Shown here piece by piece: positions 1-8,652 of a stretch of DNA of 64,000 nucleotides. Below the pieces are notes generated by a model. The model saw nothing but the letters and a program-made list of their open reading frames with translations. It did no database searches and had not been told where the DNA came from. The DNA is from an uncultured Solirubrobacterales bacterium (GTDB lineage Bacteria; Actinomycetota; Thermoleophilia; Solirubrobacterales; 70-9). A program made the translations under genes and the position numbers. Within the stretch, counting starts at the first letter, position 1. Every line of letters begins with the position of its first letter. The stretch is taken from positions 196,332-260,331 of the forward strand of contig CAWFXE010000001.1 in NCBI GenBank assembly GCA_963819715.1. The letters are read 5' to 3'.

Positions 1-207
1 GTGTGAGTAGACGTAGTCCCGGCTGACCCCAAACCGCCGAGCGACCTCGGCGGCGTGGACCAGGTACGGCTCGGGTCCACCCTTGGCGGCCAGGCGATCA
101 GCGACACGCTCGGCCAGCTCGTCAACAATGCCGGCGAGCTGGCGCCCCAGAGTGTCGGCGACCGCATCCTCGATCGTGGCCAGGAGCTGCTCGCGCGCGT
201 CGCTCAC
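1..207 (-). CDS. excisionase/MerR-like HTH DNA-binding protein, partial (C-terminus left of window)
   Basis: Manual minus-strand translation from GTG at 207 gives VSDAREQLL...PEPYLVHAAEVARRFGVSRDYVYSH, which ends in an HTH typical of the excisionase family. Its start overlaps the upstream ORF stop as GTGA. It is absent from the ORF track because it runs off the window. Confidence 0.5.
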   Translation of the reverse strand, partial: MSDAREQLLATIEDAVADTLGRQLAGIVDELAERVADRLAAKGGPEPYLVHAAEVARRFGVSRDYVYSH

Positions 208-725
208 GTCGCAGCCTCGCCTAGGAGCGCGCTCCTCGCGTGGTCCTCCCAGCGACGGATGGCGGCCAATGCGCGATCGCGATCATCAGCTGCGGACGCA
301 GCGTCGATCTCCTGTTCAAGCTGCTCCCAGGCGTCGCCGTCCACGTCGGGCCAAGCCGATTCGGGAATGTGGCCGTAGATCGCGTTCACCTTCCGCACCG
401 CTGCTGCAAGCTCGGCCCTGATCCCGGGGGTAGCTGGCTTGCGCGCCTCGCGGTTGATGCGGTGTTCGCGTAGCCATTCGACACCGCGCTCGGCACCAGC
501 CTTCCGGATCTGCTCAGCGAGCCTCTCCAGCGGCTCGTATCGCTCGCGGTCCTCGTAGCCCAGCGCCTCCTGGTAGAGGGCCTCAGCGCAGGCACCCACG
601 ACGGCGTTAACGAGCGCGGCGGGGGAGTCTGGACCTGACTCGGCCAGGACTGCCGAGGCCGGGGTGACCGTGAGCGTTTTTCTGGGCGCCACGAGGTCGC
701 CCCGTCTGCCCGAGGATTCAGGCAT
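204..725 (-). CDS. hypothetical protein of integrated element
   Basis: ORF 204..755. The likely start is the ATG at 725, which overlaps the stop of the upstream gene. Its C-terminus DRDRALAAIRRWEDHARSAL resembles DADRALAAIAEWEDHWLAAI in ORF 39756..40187. Confidence 0.5.
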   Translation of the reverse strand: MPESSGRRGDLVAPRKTLTVTPASAVLAESGPDSPAALVNAVVGACAEALYQEALGYEDRERYEPLERLAEQIRKAGAERGVEWLREHRINREARKPATPGIRAELAAAVRKVNAIYGHIPESAWPDVDGDAWEQLEQEIDAASAADDRDRALAAIRRWEDHARSALLGEAAT

Positions 726-2255
726 CTTGCCCCGCCTCAGGTGTCGGGGTGACACCCTCCGAATCGGGGGTGTCGGGTGTCATTTCCCCTAGGGCGCTGA
801 CACCGTGACACCCCTCCAAGGTGTCGGGTGTCGCCAAAGGTGTCACCCCCGACACCCTTCGATAGCGGCCGTCATCGAGCCGCTCAAGCTCCCCGCCGTC
901 CACCAGATCCGCGCAGAGTCGGCGCACCGTCCGGTTCTTCGGGTCACGGTCGATCGCTCTCGCCAGATCCGCCAACGTGGCCGGCTCGGCCGCTGCGTCC
1001 AGCAGCGCCGGCGCCAACGCGATGCGAGGGGCGGCCGGTTGTTCCTGCTCGTCCCGCTCGAAGGGCTCGGCGGCGTCGATGAACACCTGGCCGCGTTCCA
1101 GGTGGAGGCGTAGCCAGCGGTCGGGCGGCTCCGGGGCCGGCCGACACTTGAAGCAGCGAAGGCGGCGCCGGTCCCGGGCTTCGGGATCGTCCGGCAACCG
1201 CGAGAGTCGGAAGCCGAGCTCGATCGCCGCTCCGATCGCCGAGGTTCCCCGGTAGTCGTTGCCGGCGCGAGAGACGTGGTGGAGCAGGAGGCCGGCGACC
1301 TTTCGTCGGCGCAACATGTTGCGCAGGGGGTCGAGCACGGCCGAGACGGCAGCCGCTGTCGTTCTCTTCGCCCGAGGGCCAGAGAGACCGGAAGCTGTCG
1401 AGGATCACGAGGCCGGGATCCACCTTGTCGATCAGGTCCTCGAGCGCGGCGAGATCGTGGCCCAAGTTGTAGCCGTCGGCTTCGACCACGGTCACACCTT
1501 CAGCCGGGAGCCCCAACGTGTGGACTCGGCGGTGAATCTCGTACTGGCCATTCTCAGCGTCGACGATCAGGACCTCGGTTCGCTTGCAGGGCACTCCCGC
1601 CACGTCCTCGCCAAGGGCGACGCCGGCGGCGAGGCTCATCGCCAACAGGCTCTTGCCCTCGCCCTCCTTGCCCGAGATCAAGGTGAGGGAACCTTCTACA
1701 GCGAGCCCCTCGACGACCCACGGAACCGGCGGTGGGGAGGATCCGACCATCGCCTCGACGTCGAGGACTCGCAGCTGCGCACGTGCCTTCAGCCCGTCGC
1801 CGAGCAGCCCCTCGATCTTTCGGACGATCGCATTGGCTTCGCCGTTCGTGTAGGAGAGCTCGCGGAGTTCAGCGGCGTACTCGTGCAGCTTTCGCAGGCG
1901 GGCGTCCCGCTTCACGATGGCCGCGTAGTGGACCGCGCTGCCCGGAGCCGGCACCTTGGCGGCGAGGCTCGCCACCTTGTCCTTGCCGCCGACGCGCTCT
2001 AGCTCGCCCTCCTGGTTGAGCTGATCGATGACGGTCAGCACGTGGACGACGCCGTCGGCGGCGCGCAGGTGATGGATCGCGCTGAAGATCGCCGATGGCG
2101 GTCGCTGTAGAAGTCGGCGGCCTCAAGCTGGACCTCGTGACGACGGGCTTAATCGTCGACTCGGAGACCAACATCGCCCCGAGCACGGACTCCTCTGCCT
2201 CCGGGTTCTGGGGCGGGCCGATCGTCACGGCCGCTCCGATCAGCGAGGAGAACAC
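718..2255 (-). pseudogene. DnaB-N-terminal-domain + RecA-like AAA ATPase (RepA/AAA_25-type helicase-like), at least 3 frameshifts
   Basis: PPQNPEAEESVLGAML (DnaB N-terminal motif) lies in frame A. DFYSDRHR is in a second frame and AIFSAIHHLRAADGVVHVLTVIDQ in a third (shifts near 2135 and 2095). A Walker A-like GKEGEGKS and DAENG follow. A further shift near 1340-1380 joins ORF 944..2041 to ORF 718..1338. Confidence 0.6.
740..856. repeat. iteron-like cluster of hexamer GGTGTC/GACACC (10 copies in 117 bp)
   Basis: GGTGTC counted at 740, 769, 776, 820, 827 and 839. GACACC counted at 751, 799, 807 and 851. The cluster lies in the 3' end of the helicase-like gene and gives the repetitive peptide GVTP/DTP. 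Confidence 0.6.
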
Positions 2256-2299
2256 GCAGCAGGTTTGGAGAGCAGCTACCCCAGCGGGGATGGGGATGA

Positions 2300-3163
2300 G
2301 AAAAGCTTAACGGCGGATGGCTTCTTCGCGCAGGATCATGACGATGAGCTCGCGATAGAGCTGCGGGTGCTTTTGGCTGCACGGGGCGCGTGTTACATGC
2401 GCTGTGGTCTGCGTACGGCGAGCTCTCGATGCTGTGAATCCAAGCGGCTGCGGCGCGACGTGATCGCTAGTTGTGCAACGTTGGATCGCGCGGCGGCGCG
2501 GGACCTAGACTAGCGACTCTCTCGGGATTCTTAGCTATGTGGCGCGCAGCTTCTTTAGGGTGGGTGCACGCGTTGCGCAATTTCGCGTTGCGGTTCGACA
2601 GCGCTGGATTGGGGGTGGCTAGCAGCTTCACTTGCTTCTCGGTGCATAGCTAGGCGCGCGGTTCTTGGGCTGCGGGGTAGTTAGAGCAAAGTGGGTAGCG
2701 AGCTAAGGTTGGCTCTTTCTCTCGGGCTGGTAGAGCGCTTCGGGACGGATGACGCTATAAGTCGATGCTTTGCTGGTTAGATTTGCGTATGTGGGATAGT
2801 GCTCTGGTGCTTTCGCAAGGGTGTGCGGGGGTCTTGCTGGTTTAGGTGCTGGGCTCGACGTAGAGCGCTATCGCGAGTATGAGGCGGGTTGCTGCTGCTT
2901 AGGTCGACGCTCTCGCGCTCGAGTGTGGAGATAGCGCACGGTGATTGTAGCAGGGAGGCGAGCTGCTTCTGGGTGAGGTGCGGTAGAGTCGAAGCTCTCG
3001 GATCGCTATCGAACAGTAGTAGAGAATGGATGTAGAACGGGTTTAGGGGTGAAGGGGAGCGCTGGGAATTTAATAGGTAGAATGAGATTTCTGTTAGAAT
3101 AAGGTGGATGTGGGTGGTTGGAAATAGAGGGGAAAGTGGGAAAGAGTGGTGGAAAAGTGGTTT
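2300..3163. other. ORF-free, strand-asymmetric (G>>C) tract of falling GC content with degenerate internal repeats
   Basis: The six-frame track shows no ORF of 60 aa or more between 2654 and 3163. My counts of C per 60 nt fall from 17 (2401-2460) to 6 (3001-3060). Positions 3061-3165 contain 2 C against 41 G. The motifs GCTGGT(T)AGAG and TAGAGCGCT recur at irregular spacing. Confidence 0.5.
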
Positions 3164-3202
3164 TTATGAGTCCGCTGCTCTGACCAGCTGAGCTACCGGC
3201 CC
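3164..3202 (-). pseudogene. 5' half of tRNA-Met/Ile2 (anticodon CAT), truncated right after the anticodon loop
   Basis: The reverse complement reads GGGCCGG-TA-GCTC-AGCTGGTCA-GAGC-A-GCGGA-CTCATAA: acceptor strand, D arm, 5' anticodon stem and a loop with CAT. The expected TCCGC is replaced by AAACC, and no T arm or 3' acceptor strand follows. Confidence 0.7.
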
Positions 3203-3241
3203 TGTCGGGGCCGAGCGTACCGTCCGGGGTAGATTCGACGG

Positions 3242-3589
3242 ATGGCTCGGGAGCAGGAGGAGCTCCAGGAGACGACCTTCACCTGGCCGCTGCTCGGCGC
3301 GCTCTATGGGTCGGTGGTGATCGTCGTCATCGTGGCCCTGCTCAATGCCCATGTGGGACGGAGCCTCGACGACAGGATCGACGCGCCGGCGCGGACTCTG
3401 ATCGCGGTGCCGGTGATCGCAAGCGCGGCAATCGTGTTCGCGGCCAGCATGGTGGCGCTGTTGCTGCCCTCCTACCGGCGGGTGGCGATGCGGGTGGCGG
3501 AGATCGCCAGTTGGCTGATTCCGGCATGGCTGGTGATGAGCGCCATGGTGTTGGGGGCGATCTCGTTCGCCATCGACCACGCCGGCTGA
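3242..3589 (+). CDS. small integral membrane protein (hypothetical)
   Basis: ORF of 115 aa with about four hydrophobic segments. Confidence 0.5.
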   Translation: MAREQEELQETTFTWPLLGALYGSVVIVVIVALLNAHVGRSLDDRIDAPARTLIAVPVIASAAIVFAASMVALLLPSYRRVAMRVAEIASWLIPAWLVMSAMVLGAISFAIDHAG

Positions 3590-3591
3590 CG

Positions 3592-3960
3592 TCAGTCGGC
3601 CAGGGCCGCCAGGGAGTCTCCGACTGACGAGGGCTCGGCAACGCCCTCCGCAGCCGCCTGGGCGCCCTCATTGAAGGCGCTCGCGCCCGCGACCAGCGCC
3701 GCGGCGGCACCGGGCTGGATCCGTCCGACGTCGACGCAGCCGGCCAGGAACAGCTCGATCTCCCTGGCCAGGTCGGCGAGCCGATTCTGGCCCACGACCA
3801 GGGCCGCGCCCTTCAGGCCGTGCGCCTCGACGCGCAGCTCCTCGATGCGTTCCGAGTTCTTCTCGTCCGAGCCGGCGATCTCCTCGAGCCCGTCGATGAT
3901 CGTCGGCGTCCGCCGCCCGGCCTCGGCCGCCAGCATGCTGAGGAGCTCGTCATCCCCCAT
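3592..3960 (-). CDS. Hpt (histidine phosphotransfer) domain protein
   Basis: ORF of 122 aa. It carries the EAHGLKGAALVVG motif (HxLKG) typical of Hpt domains. Confidence 0.6.
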   Translation of the reverse strand: MGDDELLSMLAAEAGRRTPTIIDGLEEIAGSDEKNSERIEELRVEAHGLKGAALVVGQNRLADLAREIELFLAGCVDVGRIQPGAAAALVAGASAFNEGAQAAAEGVAEPSSVGDSLAALAD

Positions 3961-3970
3961 CGAGGGAGTT

Positions 3971-4960
3971 CTACCCGTTCGCGACCTTCTGCACCGCGGA
4001 CTCGAGCTCCTGAACGCTGTAGGGACCCTGCAGGACGGTGCTGACTTTCCCGCTGCGGTCGATCACGTATGCCCAGGGCTCCGTCTGCAGGTGGAAGGCC
4101 TGCATCTGCGGGCGGGGGCCGTCGTTGATGTTGTTGTTGTTGTAGATCTCCTGGTGGATGAAGGCGACCCTGTCGCCGAACTCCTGCTTCACCTGTTCTG
4201 CGATGTCGGTGACAGGCCCGCAGACTCGTGACTGGCAGAGAGCCGGGGTCGCGAAGAGCAGGACCATCGGCTTCTTGCCGACGACGTCCGCGAAGTCGTC
4301 CGAGTGCATGTCGTCGGGCGGGACGCGCGTGTCGATCTGGGAGATGTTCGAGACCTGGCCCGGGGTCAGGGTGTGGATCGCGGGGACGCTCTGGCCGACC
4401 TGGGGCATCGGGTAGTCGCCGACCGGGTTCGGCGTCGGCATCAGGCTGTACTGGTAGGCACCGCCGTTCTTGATGAGAGCCGCGAAGGCCCAGGGGCCGG
4501 GCTTGTTCAGCGGGATGTCGGCGACGTAGGCGACCTGCGCCGCGCTTGGGTCGTCGGCGGTCGTCTTGGCGCGGAAGGCGGGCTTCGTGGTGAGATCCTC
4601 GATCCGCGCCGGGAAGGGACCGATCGCCTTGCCTTCGACGCCGCGGCCCGGGGCGGCGTAGACGGCGACCTCCGCGTCGGTGATGGGGTCATGGCCGGTG
4701 GTGAAGACGCCGAAGGGGAAGCGGTTGGTGCCGAGGTGGAAGTTGGCGGCCGCCGGGGACGCGACGGGGCCCTGGGCGGCCTGCGAGGAGACGATCAGCT
4801 GGCGGAGCGTCTGGCCGTTCGCCGGGGGGAACGCGGACGCGGCGGGCGCGGGGCGGCTGCGGCTGCCGCTGCCGTTGTCCGAGCCGCCGCAGCCTGCGAC
4901 GAGCGCGAGAGCGAGCACGGCGGCGGCTGCTGCGAGGGGCTTGCGGGTCACGGGCGGCAT
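3971..4960 (-). CDS. thioredoxin-fold (redoxin/TlpA-like) lipoprotein
   Basis: Within ORF 3971..5113, the likely start is MPPVTRKPLAAAAAVLALALVAGCGGS, which includes a lipobox. The C-terminus KKPMVLLFATPALCQSRVCGPV suggests a thioredoxin-like fold. Confidence 0.6.
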   Translation of the reverse strand: MPPVTRKPLAAAAAVLALALVAGCGGSDNGSGSRSRPAPAASAFPPANGQTLRQLIVSSQAAQGPVASPAAANFHLGTNRFPFGVFTTGHDPITDAEVAVYAAPGRGVEGKAIGPFPARIEDLTTKPAFRAKTTADDPSAAQVAYVADIPLNKPGPWAFAALIKNGGAYQYSLMPTPNPVGDYPMPQVGQSVPAIHTLTPGQVSNISQIDTRVPPDDMHSDDFADVVGKKPMVLLFATPALCQSRVCGPVTDIAEQVKQEFGDRVAFIHQEIYNNNNINDGPRPQMQAFHLQTEPWAYVIDRSGKVSTVLQGPYSVQELESAVQKVANG

Positions 4961-5048
4961 CGTAGTTGGGGCACCGCTAGGGTGGCGCCCGCCAGCATTA
5001 GATGGGTCGCGCCTAAAGGCGCGCCCTCTCATCTCTAAAGGAGGCGAC

Positions 5049-5789
5049 GTGGCGGAGAAGGCGGCCCTGATCACCGGCGGTTCGAGCGGCATCGGCTTGG
5101 CGATCGCCCGCATGCTCGGCGAGGACGGCTACGGGCTGACCGTCTCGGCCCGTCGCCCGGACAAGCTCGAGGCCGCGGCCGAGGATCTGCGCTCCGAGGG
5201 CCTGGATGTGCAGAGCATTCCGGCGAACATGGCCGACGAGGAGAACCTCTCCGCGCTCGTGGCCGCTCACAAGGAGCGGTATGGGCGGTTGGACGTGCTG
5301 ATCAACAACGCAGGAGTCGGGATCGGCGAGGCGATGGATTCCCTGACCACCAAGTTCGTCGACATGCAGCTCGGTGTGAACCTGAGGGCCGTGGTGCTGA
5401 TGACGCGCGAGTGCCTGCCGATGCTGAAGGAAGCCGGGGCCGAGCACGGCAAGGCGCTGCTCGTGAACACCGCCTCCGTCTCCGGCAAGGCCGGCCAGCC
5501 GTGGCTGTCGGTGTACTCGGCAACCAAGGCCGCAGTGATCGGCTTCTCGCAGGCGACACAAAAGGAGATCGCGGGGTCGGGGGTTCAGGTGACGGCGTTC
5601 GCGCCCGCCTTCGTCGACACGCCGATGACGGAGTTCGTCAAGCAGCAGGTCTCGGCCGAGGCGATGATCCGGCCCGAGGACATCGCCGAGGCCGTGAGGT
5701 TTCTTCTCCGCACCTCGCCGAACTGCCTCGTCCCGGAGATGGTGTTCCTGCGCCCCGGGGACACGATGGACACGCCCGAGCTGGGCTAG
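5049..5789 (+). CDS. short-chain dehydrogenase/reductase (SDR)
   Basis: A GTG at 5049 is preceded by AAGGAGG. Motifs TGGSSGIG, NNAG and YSATK are present. Confidence 0.85.
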   Translation: MAEKAALITGGSSGIGLAIARMLGEDGYGLTVSARRPDKLEAAAEDLRSEGLDVQSIPANMADEENLSALVAAHKERYGRLDVLINNAGVGIGEAMDSLTTKFVDMQLGVNLRAVVLMTRECLPMLKEAGAEHGKALLVNTASVSGKAGQPWLSVYSATKAAVIGFSQATQKEIAGSGVQVTAFAPAFVDTPMTEFVKQQVSAEAMIRPEDIAEAVRFLLRTSPNCLVPEMVFLRPGDTMDTPELG

Positions 5790-6697
5790 GTTCCCCAGAT
5801 TCTTCCGCCCTTGCGCAGGCCGGCGCGGGCGCCCACCCACCACGCGATCTGGCGCATCAGGTCGTACCAGGCGTCCTCGATCCAGCGGGTCTCGCCGCGG
5901 CCGCGGGCCTTCGCGGTGAGGACGATTCCGAGGCCGCGGGCGGTGCGGCCGATCTCCTTGGCGCGGGGCGGCTTGACCTGGTGGCCCCCCATCGCCTCGA
6001 ACTTGGCGCCGACCAGGCCGGCGCCGTAGGCCCAGCCGAGCTGCTGGCGAAAGAAGCCGAGCTGGGTCGTGCGGTTGCGGTGGCGGGCGGTTGCCGTCTC
6101 CGCGAAGGCGAGGCGGCGACCGCTCCGCTCCTGGAAGCGGAGGCCGAGCTCGACATCCTGGGCGCGCGTCATGTGGGGGTCGAAGGGGCCGATGCGGTCG
6201 ATCACCTCGCGGCGGTAGGCCGCGTTGGCGGTGATCGGATAGGCCGGGTTGGAGTTGAAGGCGAATTGCTGCCAATTGCCGAGCATGCGGGCCACCTGGC
6301 GCTCGGTCGGAGTCGTGGCGGGCGCGTGCTCGAGGTTGCCTCCCACCGCGCCGACCTCCGGGTCCTCGAAGGGACGAACGAGCTCGGCGAGCCATTGGGG
6401 CTCGACTAGGCAGTCGGCGTCCACGAAGGCGAGGATCTCGCCCGTGCTCTCGGCGATGCCGCGGTTGCGCGCGTTGGAGACGCCGGGCTCTGGCTCGTGG
6501 AGGTAGCGGACTGGGCGCTCGTGGATCTGGACCGCGGTGCGGTCGGTCGAGGCGTTGTCGACGATGAGGATCTCCCGGCGCTCCGGCGGGTAGTCGGTTG
6601 AGAGGATCGCGTCGATGCAGTCTCCGATCGTGTCCTCGCCGTTGCGGACGGGGACGATGACCGAAACGGTCGGCTGATCGGCGGGCACCCGGGTCAC
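5786..6697 (-). CDS. family 2 glycosyltransferase
   Basis: ORF of 303 aa. VSVIVPVRNGEDTI, ILIVDNASTD and FVDAD are typical GT2 motifs. Confidence 0.85.
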   Translation of the reverse strand: MTRVPADQPTVSVIVPVRNGEDTIGDCIDAILSTDYPPERREILIVDNASTDRTAVQIHERPVRYLHEPEPGVSNARNRGIAESTGEILAFVDADCLVEPQWLAELVRPFEDPEVGAVGGNLEHAPATTPTERQVARMLGNWQQFAFNSNPAYPITANAAYRREVIDRIGPFDPHMTRAQDVELGLRFQERSGRRLAFAETATARHRNRTTQLGFFRQQLGWAYGAGLVGAKFEAMGGHQVKPPRAKEIGRTARGLGIVLTAKARGRGETRWIEDAWYDLMRQIAWWVGARAGLRKGGRIWGT

Positions 6698-6719
6698 GGG
6701 CGCAAGTTAGCCGCGGAGG

Positions 6720-7283
6720 CTAGGAGCCCGCGCGCTCGAGCTCGGCTTCGGCCCGTTCCAGCTCGGCGGACCAGGCCTCGGCAGAGTCGGGAGTGGCGGG
6801 CTCGGGCAGCCGCTCCTCGTCGTGGGCGTGCTGGGCGTACGCGCTGACGAGCACGTCCTCGACCGAGAGGTCGGATGCCTCCCGTGCCTCGGCGGCAGCG
6901 AGGCGGCGGCGGGTCGCCTGGACGTCGCGGACCTCCTCGGCCAGGGGGCGCTCCGGGAGGGTCTCGCCCCCCGCGCCATCTCGCAGCAGTCCCGTCTCGA
7001 GATACCCCTCGAGGGTGCGGACCTCCCGGCGGGAGGCGCGACGCGGCTTGCGGGGGTTGGCGCCTGTGAAGGCATCCCAGGCGCGGGCGAAGGTTCCGAA
7101 GTTGGTGCGGCCGCCGTTGCGGTGCGCCGCCAGCATCGGGCAGACGCCTCCGCGCTTGTCGACGTAGGCGCCGACGATCACGCGGTTGGAACGGATGCCC
7201 CGCAGCATCGCCTGCTTCGTGCCGTTCGGCATGGCGCTGACGGAGTTGCGGAGGCGCTCGGCGTTGTTGCGTCGCGTTGCCAC
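6720..7283 (-). CDS. hypothetical protein
   Basis: ORF of 187 aa with a coding-like composition. No family recognised. Confidence 0.45.
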   Translation of the reverse strand: MATRRNNAERLRNSVSAMPNGTKQAMLRGIRSNRVIVGAYVDKRGGVCPMLAAHRNGGRTNFGTFARAWDAFTGANPRKPRRASRREVRTLEGYLETGLLRDGAGGETLPERPLAEEVRDVQATRRRLAAAEAREASDLSVEDVLVSAYAQHAHDEERLPEPATPDSAEAWSAELERAEAELERAGS

Positions 7284-7321
7284 GGATCACAGGATGGCGG
7301 TGACGCCCTAGGGTCCGCGCA

Positions 7322-8572
7322 ATGGGCCGTTCAGATCGCCTGAGGCTGCTCGTGGCCGCATTCGGGGATCCCGGGCACGCGTTCCCGGCGATCGCGCTGG
7401 CCCGGGAGCTTGGGCGGCGCGGCCACGACGTGCTGGTAGAGACCTGGGAGCGGTGGCGGGAGCCGGTCGAGGCCGAGGGGCTGGCATTCACCGGGGCGCA
7501 GGAGTACACGGTGTTTCCGCCGCCGGGCCCCGATACGCACGACGGGCAGACGGCCGCGGCCGCGGCGCGGGCGCTGGCCCGGTTGATGGAGGAGTTCGAG
7601 CCGGATCTGGTGGTGAGCGACATCCTGACGCTGGCGCCGACGCTCGCCGCGGAGGTGGCCGGGGTGCCGCACGCGACCTTGATCCCGCACGTCTATCCCG
7701 TGCAGCAGCCTGGGATGCCGCTGTACTCGCTCGGGCTGCGACCGCCGCGGACGGGGTTCGGGCGGGCGGCGTGGCGAGCGACCGGGCCGCTCCTGGGGAT
7801 GGGGCTGCGCCGAGGCCGTGATGAGCTCAACGAGACCAGGGCCCGGTTGGATCTGCCGCCGATCGAGCGGTTTCACGGCGGGATCAGCGAGCTGCTCGCG
7901 ATCGTGGCGACGTTCCCGCAGCTCGAGTACCCGCGAGAGTGGCCCGCGCACGTGCGGGTGACCGGACCGCTGTTCTTCGAGCTGCCCGGCGAGGAGATCG
8001 AGATCCCCGAGGGCGACGAGCCGCTGGTGGTGATCGCGCCGAGCACGTCCCAGGATCCGGAGTGCGAGCTGCTGCGGGCCGCGCTCGACGGGCTGGCGGA
8101 CGAGTCGGTGCGGGTGCTGGCGACGACTAACCGGCATCGGCCGGAGCGGCCGATCGAGGTGCCCGCCAACGCGACGCTGGTCGATTGGCTGCTCTATTCG
8201 CAGGCGATGCCGGCGGCGGACGCGGTGATCTGCCACGGCGGGCACGGAACCGTGATCAGGGCGCTGGCCGCCGGAAAACCGCTGCTGGTCTGCCCGTCCG
8301 TCGGCGACATGGGTGAGAACGCGGCGAGGGTGGCGTGGTCGGGGACCGGGCTTTCGGTGCCGCGACGGTTGCTGTCACCACGGGCGATCAGGCTGGCCAC
8401 CCGGCGGCTGTTGAATGAGTCTGGGTTCCGAGGTCGGGCATTTGGCGTGGCCGAGTGGTCGCGGGCTCATGATGGAGCAGGCGCCGCTGCCGATCTCGTC
8501 GAAAGAGCGGCCTACAATGGCGTGACTCCCGGGCCTCTCCCGGGCAGTTCATCTCGGTCCCCCGTGTTGTAA
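7322..8572 (+). CDS. GT1-family (MGT/UDP-glycosyltransferase-like) glycosyltransferase
   Basis: ORF of 416 aa. The C-terminus has VICHGGHGTVIRALAAGKPLLVCPSVGDMGENA. The last 15 nt overlap the tRNA-Asn, so the true end may be slightly different. Confidence 0.75.
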   Translation: MGRSDRLRLLVAAFGDPGHAFPAIALARELGRRGHDVLVETWERWREPVEAEGLAFTGAQEYTVFPPPGPDTHDGQTAAAAARALARLMEEFEPDLVVSDILTLAPTLAAEVAGVPHATLIPHVYPVQQPGMPLYSLGLRPPRTGFGRAAWRATGPLLGMGLRRGRDELNETRARLDLPPIERFHGGISELLAIVATFPQLEYPREWPAHVRVTGPLFFELPGEEIEIPEGDEPLVVIAPSTSQDPECELLRAALDGLADESVRVLATTNRHRPERPIEVPANATLVDWLLYSQAMPAADAVICHGGHGTVIRALAAGKPLLVCPSVGDMGENAARVAWSGTGLSVPRRLLSPRAIRLATRRLLNESGFRGRAFGVAEWSRAHDGAGAAADLVERAAYNGVTPGPLPGSSSRSPVL

Positions 8573-8628
8573 TGGCAGCAAACTTGACTGTTAATCAAGG
8601 AGTCCTGGTTCGAATCCAGGCGGGGGAG
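8558..8628 (+). tRNA. tRNA-Asn (GTT)
   Basis: Manual fold. Acceptor TCCCCCG pairs with CGGGGGA. D arm is TTGT...GCAA. Anticodon arm is CTTGA-CTGTTAA-TCAAG. T arm is CCTGG-TTCGAAT-CCAGG. The discriminator is G and CCA is not encoded. Confidence 0.85.
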
Positions 8629-8652
8629 CTTCAGGCAGCACCGCTCGGCGGT

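Larger units (their letters stand above)
1..3202. mobile_element. remnant of an integrated plasmid/phage-like element abutting a truncated tRNA (left end outside window)
   Basis: Gene order on the minus strand is replication protein, then WEDH-motif protein, then xis-like HTH. This is the same order as in the 32.2-42.4 kb element. The helicase gene is frameshifted, and the segment ends at a tRNA(CAT) 5' half. Confidence 0.45.

Noticed and set aside
2640-3165. Possible degenerate CRISPR array or tRNA array in the skewed tract (recurring TAGAGCGCT and GCTGGTTAGAG motifs, which resemble a tRNA D arm)
   Set aside because: Motif spacing is irregular (about 45-130 bp). There is no repeat of constant length with unique spacers. 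I could not fold any unit into a cloverleaf. No cas genes are present in the window.
3100-3202. The tRNA(CAT) might be interrupted by a group I intron in the anticodon loop, or its 3' half might be present in hypermutated form (the minus strand reads ...TTCCAACCACCCACA, resembling CCGGCCCACCA after G-to-A changes)
   Set aside because: No 3' exon (TCCGC...T arm...CCGGCCC) is found anywhere in 2255-3163. The CCAACC-like string is about 15 nt too far from the anticodon loop and sits in low-complexity C/A-rich sequence, so the resemblance is probably chance.
8558-8572. 15-nt overlap between the glycosyltransferase ORF end and tRNA-Asn
   Set aside because: This is most likely just read-through of the ORF to the first available stop. 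It is not evidence for a functional overlap.
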